Virus record (IMG/VR): IMGVR_UViG_3300020456_000005
Strand: one strand, 5' to 3'
DNA: 64,000 nucleotides
DNA from: a virus
Positions 28,149 through 36,316 of this stretch are shown here, piece by piece. How positions within the stretch are numbered: position 1 is the first letter of the stretch; each line of letters starts with the position of its first letter. The position numbers and the translations under genes were made by a program. The notes beneath the pieces are model-generated. The model saw nothing but the letters and a program-made list of their open reading frames with translations. It made no database searches and had not been told where the DNA came from.

Positions 28149-29194
28149 AAGTAGGATTAATTGGGTTAGGTCGCATGGGCGAGGGAATGTCTCGTCGTAT
28201 GATTAAGAAAGGGATTGAAGTACATGGGTATCGCAACAACTATACAAAAGCTCAAGAACAATATGAGAAGGGTTATATCAGTGGATGTACCACTTCTTTG
28301 GAAAACCTTGTTCAAGTAGTACACACTGCAACAGGTGTATTTACTGATACAGCGAAAGTACCAGGAATCTTCATGATGGTTGTTCCTGCAGAAACCGTAG
28401 AGGAAACACTCAATGAGTTATTACAATTTTGTGTGGAAGGCGATATTATTATTGATCATGGCAATTCCAATTTTAAAGACTCTAGACGCAGGGCAGAAAG
28501 GCTTGCTAAACTTGGCATCCAATATCTTGACTGTGGTACTAGTGGTGGTGTTTACGGTCTGGAGCGTGGATACTGTCTTATGGTTGGTGGTGCAAATCAT
28601 GCAGTACAAACCTGTGCTCCAATCTTTAGGGCACTCGCACCAGGCATTGGATCTGCCCCTCGCACAGACCCGCTTAGTCATGAGACATCTTCCGAGTATG
28701 GTTGGTTACATTGCGGACCACCTGGTGCTGGTCACTTTGTAAAGATGGTTCATAACGGAGTAGAGTATGGAATTATGCAAGCGTATGCAGAAGGTTTCAA
28801 CATACTTCATGAGGCTAATGCAGGAAGAGCTTATGTGGCTGAGGGTGATGCCGAAGTGGCTCCCATGGAACACCCCGAAGATTATTGTTACGACATTGAT
28901 ACTGTTGAGGTTGCTGAGTTATGGAGGCGTGGTTCTGTTGTTGGCAGTTGGTTACTTGATCTTACCGCTGATGTACTACGGCATGATCATGACGATCTCA
29001 ACAAATTTGACGGCGGTGTTAGCGATAGTGGTGAGGGTCGTTGGACTCTTCACAGTGCTGTGGATCTCGGTGTTCCCACTCCTGTTATCTCTGCCGCCTT
29101 ATTTGAGAGATTTAATTCTAGGAGACTTGGAAAATATGCCAACAAAATATTGAATGGAATGCGTTATATGTTTGGGGGGCATCATGTTAGGTGA
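28145..29194 (+). CDS. gnd: 6-phosphogluconate dehydrogenase
   Basis: GLIGLGRMG, IIIDHGNS, DCGTSGG, GHFVKMVHNGVEYG, DSGEGRW, MRYMFGGH. Confidence 0.97.
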   Translation: MKVGLIGLGRMGEGMSRRMIKKGIEVHGYRNNYTKAQEQYEKGYISGCTTSLENLVQVVHTATGVFTDTAKVPGIFMMVVPAETVEETLNELLQFCVEGDIIIDHGNSNFKDSRRRAERLAKLGIQYLDCGTSGGVYGLERGYCLMVGGANHAVQTCAPIFRALAPGIGSAPRTDPLSHETSSEYGWLHCGPPGAGHFVKMVHNGVEYGIMQAYAEGFNILHEANAGRAYVAEGDAEVAPMEHPEDYCYDIDTVEVAELWRRGSVVGSWLLDLTADVLRHDHDDLNKFDGGVSDSGEGRWTLHSAVDLGVPTPVISAALFERFNSRRLGKYANKILNGMRYMFGGHHVR

Positions 29195-29312
29195 ATTTCT
29201 ATTATGGATTGCAGCGCCCTTTGTATGTGCCACCCTCGCATTTGGACGACTTAAAGGTGAAAATAACTACTACGAGACAGACAAATATGATGGAAACGGA
29301 ACCGCTCACTAG
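29184..29312 (+). CDS. ndhP: NDH-1 complex small subunit NdhP homologue (42 aa), not in ORF track
   Basis: MLGEFLLWIAAPFVCATLAFGRLKGENNYYETDKYDGNGTAH: a single TM helix, then FG...N.YY..D.Y.GNG(S/T)AH, the cyanobacterial NdhP C-terminal signature. Confidence 0.85.
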   Translation: MLGEFLLWIAAPFVCATLAFGRLKGENNYYETDKYDGNGTAH

Positions 29313-30630
29313 ACGCATAGTTATATTTGGTGCTACTGGAGACCTATGTAAAAAGAAATTAATCCCCGCTCTCTACAAACTTTGGCAGAAAGATCTTTTA
29401 CCAAAGGATATTTTAATAGTTGGTGCTTCTCGTAGAGAACACACTAGAGAATCGTGGTTAAATCATCTTGGTGATTATCCAATAGAATTTACTCATTGGT
29501 TAGACTTTAGATCTTGTGATTTGGATAACCAAGATAGTTTGCATATTCTTCATGATGGAAGTGTAGATACAACTTACTTTTTATCAGTTCCACCAGAAAG
29601 ATATGAAAATGCAATTATCAATCTTAAAGAAGCTGGGTTCTTGGATGACCCAGATCACTCCCGCGTGGTTATTGAAAAACCCTTTGGGCGTGATTATAAA
29701 TCTGCTGATCATCTACAGTCTGTGGTGGAGCGACATCTACGCGAAAAACAAGTTTATCGCATTGACCATTATCTTGGCAAAGATACTGTTAATAGTATAC
29801 TTGCTACTAGGTTTGGTAATATTCTTCTTGAACCACTTTGGAACAGGCAATACATAGAAGAGATTCAAATTTATGCAACTGAGACTATCACATGCGATGG
29901 TCGTTCTCAATACTATGAGACTGCTGGTGCAGTTCGTGACATGCTACAGAACCACATTCTTCAGGTTCTTGCACTCATTGCAATGGAAGCACCCTGTCGT
30001 ATGAATGCTAGGGAAATCAGACGTGAGAAGACAAAAGTTCTTGCTGCGACTAGACTAGGTACAAATATTATTTTGGGGCAATATGATTCTTACCGTACTG
30101 AGCAGGGTGTTGATACTAAGTCTCACACTCCTACCTATTTTGCTGGTTCTCTGTTCGTTGATAACTGGCGTTGGGAAGGAGTACCTTTTAACGTCATGAC
30201 AGGTAAAGCGATGCCTTATGGTTGCGTTGAAGTTGTTATTAAATTAAGAGAACCACCGCTAAAATTATATGAGGGAGAAGTCAAAGATCGTATCGTTATG
30301 CGTTTACAGCCTAATCCTCATCTTGACATCCGTATTGATATCAAATCTCCTGGCTTATCTGATAATCTTGAACGCGCTACACTCACTCACCCGTATCCAG
30401 AAGACAGAGCAATTGACGGATATGAAAAACTTCTCCACGATTCAATCAATGGAAACCAATCCCACTTTGTCCACTCCGAGGAAGTAATGGAATCTTGGAG
30501 AATTGTAGAGGATCTTTTATGTGTAGGTGATCATTGTCCTGTAAGGACGACTCCATACTTATACAAAGAAGGGGTTTGGGGACCATCGCATAAAACGCAA
30601 TTCATAACAAAATGGGATTATCCAGCATAA
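29287..30630 (+). CDS. zwf: Glucose-6-phosphate dehydrogenase (start moved from GTG 29191 to ATG 29287)
   Basis: IFGATGDL, IEKPFG, YRIDHYLGK, RDMLQNH, NWRWEGVPF. Confidence 0.97.
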   Translation: MMETEPLTRRIVIFGATGDLCKKKLIPALYKLWQKDLLPKDILIVGASRREHTRESWLNHLGDYPIEFTHWLDFRSCDLDNQDSLHILHDGSVDTTYFLSVPPERYENAIINLKEAGFLDDPDHSRVVIEKPFGRDYKSADHLQSVVERHLREKQVYRIDHYLGKDTVNSILATRFGNILLEPLWNRQYIEEIQIYATETITCDGRSQYYETAGAVRDMLQNHILQVLALIAMEAPCRMNAREIRREKTKVLAATRLGTNIILGQYDSYRTEQGVDTKSHTPTYFAGSLFVDNWRWEGVPFNVMTGKAMPYGCVEVVIKLREPPLKLYEGEVKDRIVMRLQPNPHLDIRIDIKSPGLSDNLERATLTHPYPEDRAIDGYEKLLHDSINGNQSHFVHSEEVMESWRIVEDLLCVGDHCPVRTTPYLYKEGVWGPSHKTQFITKWDYPA

Positions 30631-30791
30631 AATTTTTTGTTAGAACAGTAATGGAAACTCCTTGGTGCTTAGGTATCATGGGGTTTCTTCTTGTGTTTGT
30701 ACCAATTATTGGTATCAGTTTGATACATAAATATGGTTGGGAACATTGGGAACCTTTTAGTAATGAATCTCATTCTAAGACCCCTAAATGA
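30612..30791 (+). CDS. Membrane microprotein (...VMETPWCLGIMGFLLVFVPIIGISLIHKYGWEHWEPF...), not in ORF track
   Basis: Translated by hand; 59 aa with one TM segment; the start could be the ATG at about 30651. Confidence 0.6.
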   Translation: MGLSSIKFFVRTVMETPWCLGIMGFLLVFVPIIGISLIHKYGWEHWEPFSNESHSKTPK

Positions 30792-30909
30792 TGTCAACGA
30801 TGTAACATGGAGCATTGTTCTGTGTTTGTTGATACTGTTAGCAGGGGTTACGTTTTACATATATACCATCATGCAATACGCTTTCAAGGAATTAGAAGAT
30901 GATACCTGA
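30763..30909 (+). CDS. Membrane microprotein (MNLILRPLNDVNDVTWSIVLCLLILLAGVTFYIYTIMQYAFKELEDDT), not in ORF track
   Basis: Translated by hand; 48 aa with one TM segment; overlaps its neighbours. Confidence 0.65.
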   Translation: MNLILRPLNDVNDVTWSIVLCLLILLAGVTFYIYTIMQYAFKELEDDT

Positions 30910-31102
30910 AGATCAAGAATGGAGTTGTCATCTGGATTTAGGAATTCATGACATTCGCGCATTGTATCAGGTGATTGATTACGCTCTTCAAACATGGCCA
31001 GGATCTCCTGCAAGACCTCCTGAGGAACAGGAATATCTTCATTACATGAAAAAGCAATTGTTTGCCATGATTGCAGACTACACGTTTACAAACGTAAAAT
31101 AA
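30899..31102 (+). CDS. Hypothetical protein
   Basis: WPGSPARPPEEQEYL motif; operonic position. Confidence 0.65.
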   Translation: MIPEDQEWSCHLDLGIHDIRALYQVIDYALQTWPGSPARPPEEQEYLHYMKKQLFAMIADYTFTNVK

Positions 31103-31169
31103 TTCTTATACTTTTGTTACACTTTTTTTACCTACATACGGTATAATATGGTTACCAAGAGTTTTATAC

Positions 31170-31463
31170 ATGGATAACGAATTCTCAGATTTTAAGTTAG
31201 AGAGGAAGGAGTGTGAGAAGTGTGGTGCCACATGGATTAATGGCAAACATGTTTTTCGTGGCACTGGAGCTTCATCTGAAAATAGTGAGCTTGATCTTGC
31301 TGGTCTTGTATGCAATAAGTATGGTAATGAACAATGTATAAATCCCAAGAAAGGGCAAGAGGGTGGTCAGACTTGGGAATACCGTGCTGGATACATTGAT
31401 GGTGTCTTTGCAGAAAAGAAAAAGCAAATGGAAGATATGCGTGATAAATTTGGAGACCTCTAA
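31170..31463 (+). CDS. Hypothetical Cys-containing protein
   Basis: CEKCGATWINGKH...DLAGLVCN...CINP; TATAAT at 31142-31147 upstream. Confidence 0.7.
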   Translation: MDNEFSDFKLERKECEKCGATWINGKHVFRGTGASSENSELDLAGLVCNKYGNEQCINPKKGQEGGQTWEYRAGYIDGVFAEKKKQMEDMRDKFGDL

Positions 31464-31488
31464 ATACTAGTAGTGAACTAGTTTTGTT

Positions 31489-33138
31489 GTGTCATCCAAC
31501 GATATTTACTTGGGGAACCCGAACCTAAAGAAAGCGGGAACCCCAATACAATTTACACAAAAGCAAATTAACGAGTGGATCAAGTGTAAGAATGATCCCA
31601 TTTATTTTGCAATGAATTATATTAAGATCATCTCGCTGGACGAAGGTTTGGTTCCCTTCAGCATGTATGATTTTCAAAAGGACATCCTTAGAGATTTTCA
31701 CAACAACAGATTTAACATTGCAAAACTCCCAAGACAGACAGGAAAGTCAACCACCGTTGTTGCTTATCTACTTTATTACGCTATCTTTTACGACAGTGTT
31801 AACATTGGCATTCTGGCTAACAAGGCTTCAACAGCTCGTGAACTCCTAGGAAGATTACAACTTGCCTATGAGAACTTGCCTAAGTGGATGCAACATGGTA
31901 TCCTAGTATGGAATAAAGGTAATGTTGAACTTGAAAACGGATCAAAGATTCTGGCTGCTTCTACGTCTGCAAGTGCTGTCCGAGGTATGTCCTTTAATAT
32001 CCTCTTTCTTGACGAATTCGCATTCGTCCCGAATCACGTTGCTGAGCAATTCTTTGCCTCTGTTTATCCTACTATTACTTCTGGTAAATCAACGAAAGTA
32101 ATTATTATTTCTACGCCAAATGGCATGAACCACTTCTATAAGATGTGGGAAGATGCTAGACGTGGTAAGAATGACTATGTTACAAATGAAGTACATTGGT
32201 CTCAAGTTCCTGGTAGGGATGCTAAATGGAAAGAGGAGACAATCAAGAACACGTCACCGCGACAGTTTGCTCAAGAATTTGAGTGTGACTTCCTTGGTTC
32301 TGCTGACACATTAATTAGTCCAGCAAAGCTCCAAACTATTCCATTCCATGATCCCATAGCGAGTAATGCAGGACTTGATGTTTATACGAGAGCAGAAAAA
32401 GATCACGAATATATTATTACTGTTGACGTTGCCAGAGGTATCGGTGGTGACTACAGTGCTTTCATCGTGTTTGATATCACCAGTATGCCGTATCAGATCG
32501 TTGCGAAGTACAGAAATAATGAGATTAAACCTGTACTGTTTCCCTCGGTCATCTTCCAAGTAGCAAAGGAATACAACAACCCGTATATTTTAGTTGAGGT
32601 AAATGACATTGGAGACTCTATTGCTGCTACTCTTAATTACGATCTTGAGTATCCCAATGTCCTCATGTGTGCGATGCGTGGACGTGCTGGTCAAGTTGTT
32701 GGTCAGGGATTCTCAGGAAACAAAACACAATTAGGTGTTAAGATGAGTGTAACCGTAAAGAAAATTGGTTGCGCTAACCTCAAAGCAATTATTGAGGAAG
32801 ATAAGTTATTGTTTAATGACTTCCAAATCTTCCAAGAGCTAACTACATTTGTACAGAAGAAACAAGCGTGGGAAGCAGACGAGGGATATCATGATGACCT
32901 CGTAATGTGTATGGTTCTCTTTGCATGGTTAGTCATGCAAGAATACTTTAAAGAAATGACAGACCAAGATATAAGGAGAAGAATTTATGATGAACAACGT
33001 AATCAAATTGAGCAAGATATGGCTCCCTTTGGTTTTATTGATGACGGCATGGGTGATGATACCTTCGTGGATGGAGACGGAACCGTTTGGGAGTATGGAA
33101 CGACACAGGAAGAAGTATCATACATGTGGAACTACTGA
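31489..33138 (+). CDS. g17: Terminase large subunit gp17
   Basis: YLGNPNLK, PRQTGKST (Walker A), FLDEFAF, ISTPNG, HDDLVM. Confidence 0.97.
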   Translation: MSSNDIYLGNPNLKKAGTPIQFTQKQINEWIKCKNDPIYFAMNYIKIISLDEGLVPFSMYDFQKDILRDFHNNRFNIAKLPRQTGKSTTVVAYLLYYAIFYDSVNIGILANKASTARELLGRLQLAYENLPKWMQHGILVWNKGNVELENGSKILAASTSASAVRGMSFNILFLDEFAFVPNHVAEQFFASVYPTITSGKSTKVIIISTPNGMNHFYKMWEDARRGKNDYVTNEVHWSQVPGRDAKWKEETIKNTSPRQFAQEFECDFLGSADTLISPAKLQTIPFHDPIASNAGLDVYTRAEKDHEYIITVDVARGIGGDYSAFIVFDITSMPYQIVAKYRNNEIKPVLFPSVIFQVAKEYNNPYILVEVNDIGDSIAATLNYDLEYPNVLMCAMRGRAGQVVGQGFSGNKTQLGVKMSVTVKKIGCANLKAIIEEDKLLFNDFQIFQELTTFVQKKQAWEADEGYHDDLVMCMVLFAWLVMQEYFKEMTDQDIRRRIYDEQRNQIEQDMAPFGFIDDGMGDDTFVDGDGTVWEYGTTQEEVSYMWNY

Positions 33139-33359
33139 TGAATATAGAGGATCAGTTCTCACTAGACCATCTGATATTTACCGAAAGGAAATGTAGAACC
33201 TGTGGTGTAACTAAAGAATTGATAAACGATTTCTATAAGATAAGAAAAAATAGAACTACTCCGTCAGCATATTCATATGAATGTAAAGAATGCACCAAGA
33301 AAAGAGTTCTAAAACGTAGAAAAACTGACAGTCAAAGATGGGAGTATCCAGACTGGTAG
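33138..33359 (+). CDS. Small Zn-ribbon protein (CxxC...CxxC)
   Basis: RKCRTCG...YECKEC; ATG overlaps the g17 stop. Confidence 0.65.
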   Translation: MNIEDQFSLDHLIFTERKCRTCGVTKELINDFYKIRKNRTTPSAYSYECKECTKKRVLKRRKTDSQRWEYPDW

Positions 33360-33444
33360 TGAGTTCATGCATCGTTTCCCCTCTGAAGAAACCCTTTTGG
33401 ATAAATAATTTCAGGTAAAATCGGAATTTCTAAGGAGATAAAAG

Positions 33445-35667
33445 ATGGCAAGTCAAGTCTCGCCTGGTGTTGTTTTAAGGGAACGCGACCTCACAAATAC
33501 TACCATTGTGGGCAATTCAGCTCTAACAGCAGCTTTTGCATCATCTTTCCAGAAAGGACCAATCGGAGAAATCACATCTGTTTCATCTTTGAAAGAGTTT
33601 GTTGGTATCTTTGGTACTCCTTCGGAAGCAAATGCAGAAGACTGGTTAGTTGCATCTGAGTTCCTAGGATATGGTGGTAGACTAGCAGTAGTACGTGCTG
33701 AGTCCGCTGTCCTTAACGCAACTTCAGATGGTTCAGCAGTATTAATTAAAAACGAAGCAGACTACACTTCAGGTGTTGGTGGTGCTGAAGTATTTGCAGC
33801 AAGGACTGCAGGAACTTGGGGTAACTCCCTTAAAGTTGTAGCAGTTGACCGTGGAGCGGATCAAATCCTAACACTAGCATCTGCACCAGCTACTACTGCA
33901 ATGAATACTGCATTCACTACCGTAAGTGGAAAGGCAGGAAGAATTTATTCTTGGGATGCTGCTACAAGTGAATTGGCAGTCATTCTTGACAACCCAGCAT
34001 CACTCCTTACATCCGCAGAAGTTTTTGATGAACCAGGTGATGGTGTTGTTGCAGGAGTTACCCCAGCTGCATATGCAGGACAAGGTTCTCAAAATGGATC
34101 TCATGTCGTAGATCCAACTGGTGGAACTGGAACGGGTCTAAGACTACAAGTTATCATTGATGTTGGTGGAAGCGTCACCAGTGTTACCATTGTTAATGGT
34201 GGTACAGGTTATGCTCAGGGCGATTCAGTTACATGTCCTGCTGCAAACTTAGGTACAGGAGCTGTTGCTGATCTAACAGTTAGTGTTGACTCCGTATCTA
34301 ACGATAACATCGCTATCACTTCAGTAAAAGATTGGTACACCAATACAACTATTGCAGGAACAACTTTAAAACTTTCTGCTATTGGTCCACGTCCTGGTAC
34401 ATCACAATTTGCTTCTGATAGAGGTATTTCATATGATGAAATTCACCTAGCAGTTATTGATGTTACTGGTAATGTTTCTGGTGCTGCAGATACAGTTCTA
34501 GAAAGACTAACATATCTTTCTAAACTAACTGACGCTAAGAATCCAGAAGGAGCATCACTATACTTCAAAGATATTGTTAATCTAGAATCTGAGTATATCT
34601 TTACTAGTGGAGCACTTGCAAATCTAATTGAACCAACACAAGGTGGTGGAGGAGAAGCATTAGGACAAGCATCTACTGCAATTTCTTCTGGATCTAAGTT
34701 GCTTCTAACAGCAGATAACATCTCCAATCTTTCTGGTGGTGCTGATGATTATGCATATACTGCTGGCGAAGTAAATGGTGCATATGATCTATTCTTAGAT
34801 ACTGAAGCAACTACAATTGACTTCATTCTAATGGGTGGTTCAATGGGTAGTGAAGCAGATACTCTAGCAAAAGCACAAAAGGTTGTTGCTGTTGCAGCTG
34901 GTCGTAAAGATGCACTAGCATTTGTTTCACCACATAAAGGAAACCAAATTGGAACTGGCGGATCTGCACTCACTGCTGCTGATCAAAGAACTAACACCGT
35001 TAACTTCTTTAACGCAATTTCATCTACTTCATTCGCTGTCTTAGACAGTGGTTATAAGTACATGTATGACCGTTTCAATGACAAGTATCGTTATGTTCCT
35101 TGCAATGGTGACATTGCTGGTCTTTGTGTTAACACTTCAGAAACAGTCGCTGATTGGATTTCACCTGCTGGTATGAATCGTGGCGGTCTCCGCAATGTAA
35201 TCAAACTTGCATTCAATCCAAACAAAGCAGATAGAGACGAACTTTATCAGAACAGAATTAACCCAGTCGTTACCTTCCCTGGTAGTGGAGCAGTTCTATT
35301 CGGTGATAAGACTGCACTTGCTGCACCTTCCGCATTTGATAGAATTAATGTTCGTCGTCTCTTCCTTAATATTGAGAAGAGAGTTGAAGAACTTGCTAAG
35401 GGTGTTCTATTTGAAATTAATGATGAAACAACTCGTGGTGGATTCCTATCAACAATCACTTCATATCTTTCTAGCATTGAAGCGCAGCAAGGAATTACAG
35501 ATTTCCTAGTTGTTTGTGATGGAACTAACAACACAGCTGATGTAATTGACCGCAACGAATTTGTTGCAGAACTATTCATCAAACCTGCTCGCTCCATCAA
35601 CTATGTTTCAGTAACGTTTACTGCAACGAGAACTGGAGTTTCGTTCAGCGAAGTCGTTGGACGCTGA
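33445..35667 (+). CDS. g18: Tail sheath protein gp18
   Basis: SPGVVLRERDLT, SPAG.NRG, FDRINVRRLF, IKPARSINY. Confidence 0.97.
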   Translation: MASQVSPGVVLRERDLTNTTIVGNSALTAAFASSFQKGPIGEITSVSSLKEFVGIFGTPSEANAEDWLVASEFLGYGGRLAVVRAESAVLNATSDGSAVLIKNEADYTSGVGGAEVFAARTAGTWGNSLKVVAVDRGADQILTLASAPATTAMNTAFTTVSGKAGRIYSWDAATSELAVILDNPASLLTSAEVFDEPGDGVVAGVTPAAYAGQGSQNGSHVVDPTGGTGTGLRLQVIIDVGGSVTSVTIVNGGTGYAQGDSVTCPAANLGTGAVADLTVSVDSVSNDNIAITSVKDWYTNTTIAGTTLKLSAIGPRPGTSQFASDRGISYDEIHLAVIDVTGNVSGAADTVLERLTYLSKLTDAKNPEGASLYFKDIVNLESEYIFTSGALANLIEPTQGGGGEALGQASTAISSGSKLLLTADNISNLSGGADDYAYTAGEVNGAYDLFLDTEATTIDFILMGGSMGSEADTLAKAQKVVAVAAGRKDALAFVSPHKGNQIGTGGSALTAADQRTNTVNFFNAISSTSFAVLDSGYKYMYDRFNDKYRYVPCNGDIAGLCVNTSETVADWISPAGMNRGGLRNVIKLAFNPNKADRDELYQNRINPVVTFPGSGAVLFGDKTALAAPSAFDRINVRRLFLNIEKRVEELAKGVLFEINDETTRGGFLSTITSYLSSIEAQQGITDFLVVCDGTNNTADVIDRNEFVAELFIKPARSINYVSVTFTATRTGVSFSEVVGR

Positions 35668-35706
35668 TTTTTCGTTAAATACTAATAGAAGGAGTAACTT
35701 AGAAAA

Positions 35707-36285
35707 ATGGCAATTACTAGCAACGTTTCAACTTTTTTAACACAGGTGAAGCAGGGTGTTAGACCTAATATGTTTGAGGTGGACATTTCGTTCCCCTCTG
35801 AGATTGCAGGAGACACATCACTTACAGGACTACTTTGTAAGTCAGCTGCATTACCTGCTTCAAACGTAGGTGTTATTGAAGTTCCTTTCCGTGGTAGAAC
35901 TGTAAAGATCGCTGGGGATAGAACCTTTGATAACTGGACTGCAACCTTTATCAACGATAAAGACATGGCAACCCGCGCACGTTTTGAAGAGTGGTTGAAC
36001 CTAATCAATACACACAAAGCAAATACAACTGCAGAAGCAGATCCAACCGAATATTCAGCTTCAGTAATCATCAAACAACTTGAAAAAGATTCTACCGATG
36101 GTGGTAAAATTCTAAGATCATATAAACTGTGGTATGCATTCCCAACTAGTGCATCTGCAATTGATCTTGCATATGATAGCAATGATCAGATTGAAGAATT
36201 TACAGTTGAATTCCAGTATTCATACTGGACTGTTGGAGATGATACTGAGACTACCGCTGGAGATAGCAATGCTGCGATCCTATAA
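35707..36285 (+). CDS. g19: Tail tube protein gp19
   Basis: RPNMFEV, VPFRGRTVKIAGDRTF, IEEFTVEFQYSYW. Confidence 0.96.
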   Translation: MAITSNVSTFLTQVKQGVRPNMFEVDISFPSEIAGDTSLTGLLCKSAALPASNVGVIEVPFRGRTVKIAGDRTFDNWTATFINDKDMATRARFEEWLNLINTHKANTTAEADPTEYSASVIIKQLEKDSTDGGKILRSYKLWYAFPTSASAIDLAYDSNDQIEEFTVEFQYSYWTVGDDTETTAGDSNAAIL

Positions 36286-36288
36286 ATA
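36281..36288 (+). promoter_or_regulatory. T4-type late promoter TATAAATA
   Basis: Exact consensus overlapping the g19 stop, upstream of g20. Confidence 0.8.
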
Positions 36289-36316
36289 ATAGGAAGCGTA
36301 CAGTTGAAAAATTATC

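Noticed and set aside
29191-29286. N-terminal extension of Zwf from GTG 29191
   Set aside because: The region is better explained by the ndhP ORF in another frame; Zwf homology starts after ATG 29287.
31103-31150. NtcA or Pho box upstream of the 97-aa gene
   Set aside because: Only TATAAT is clear; GTA-N8-TAC spacing and Pho direct repeats do not fit.
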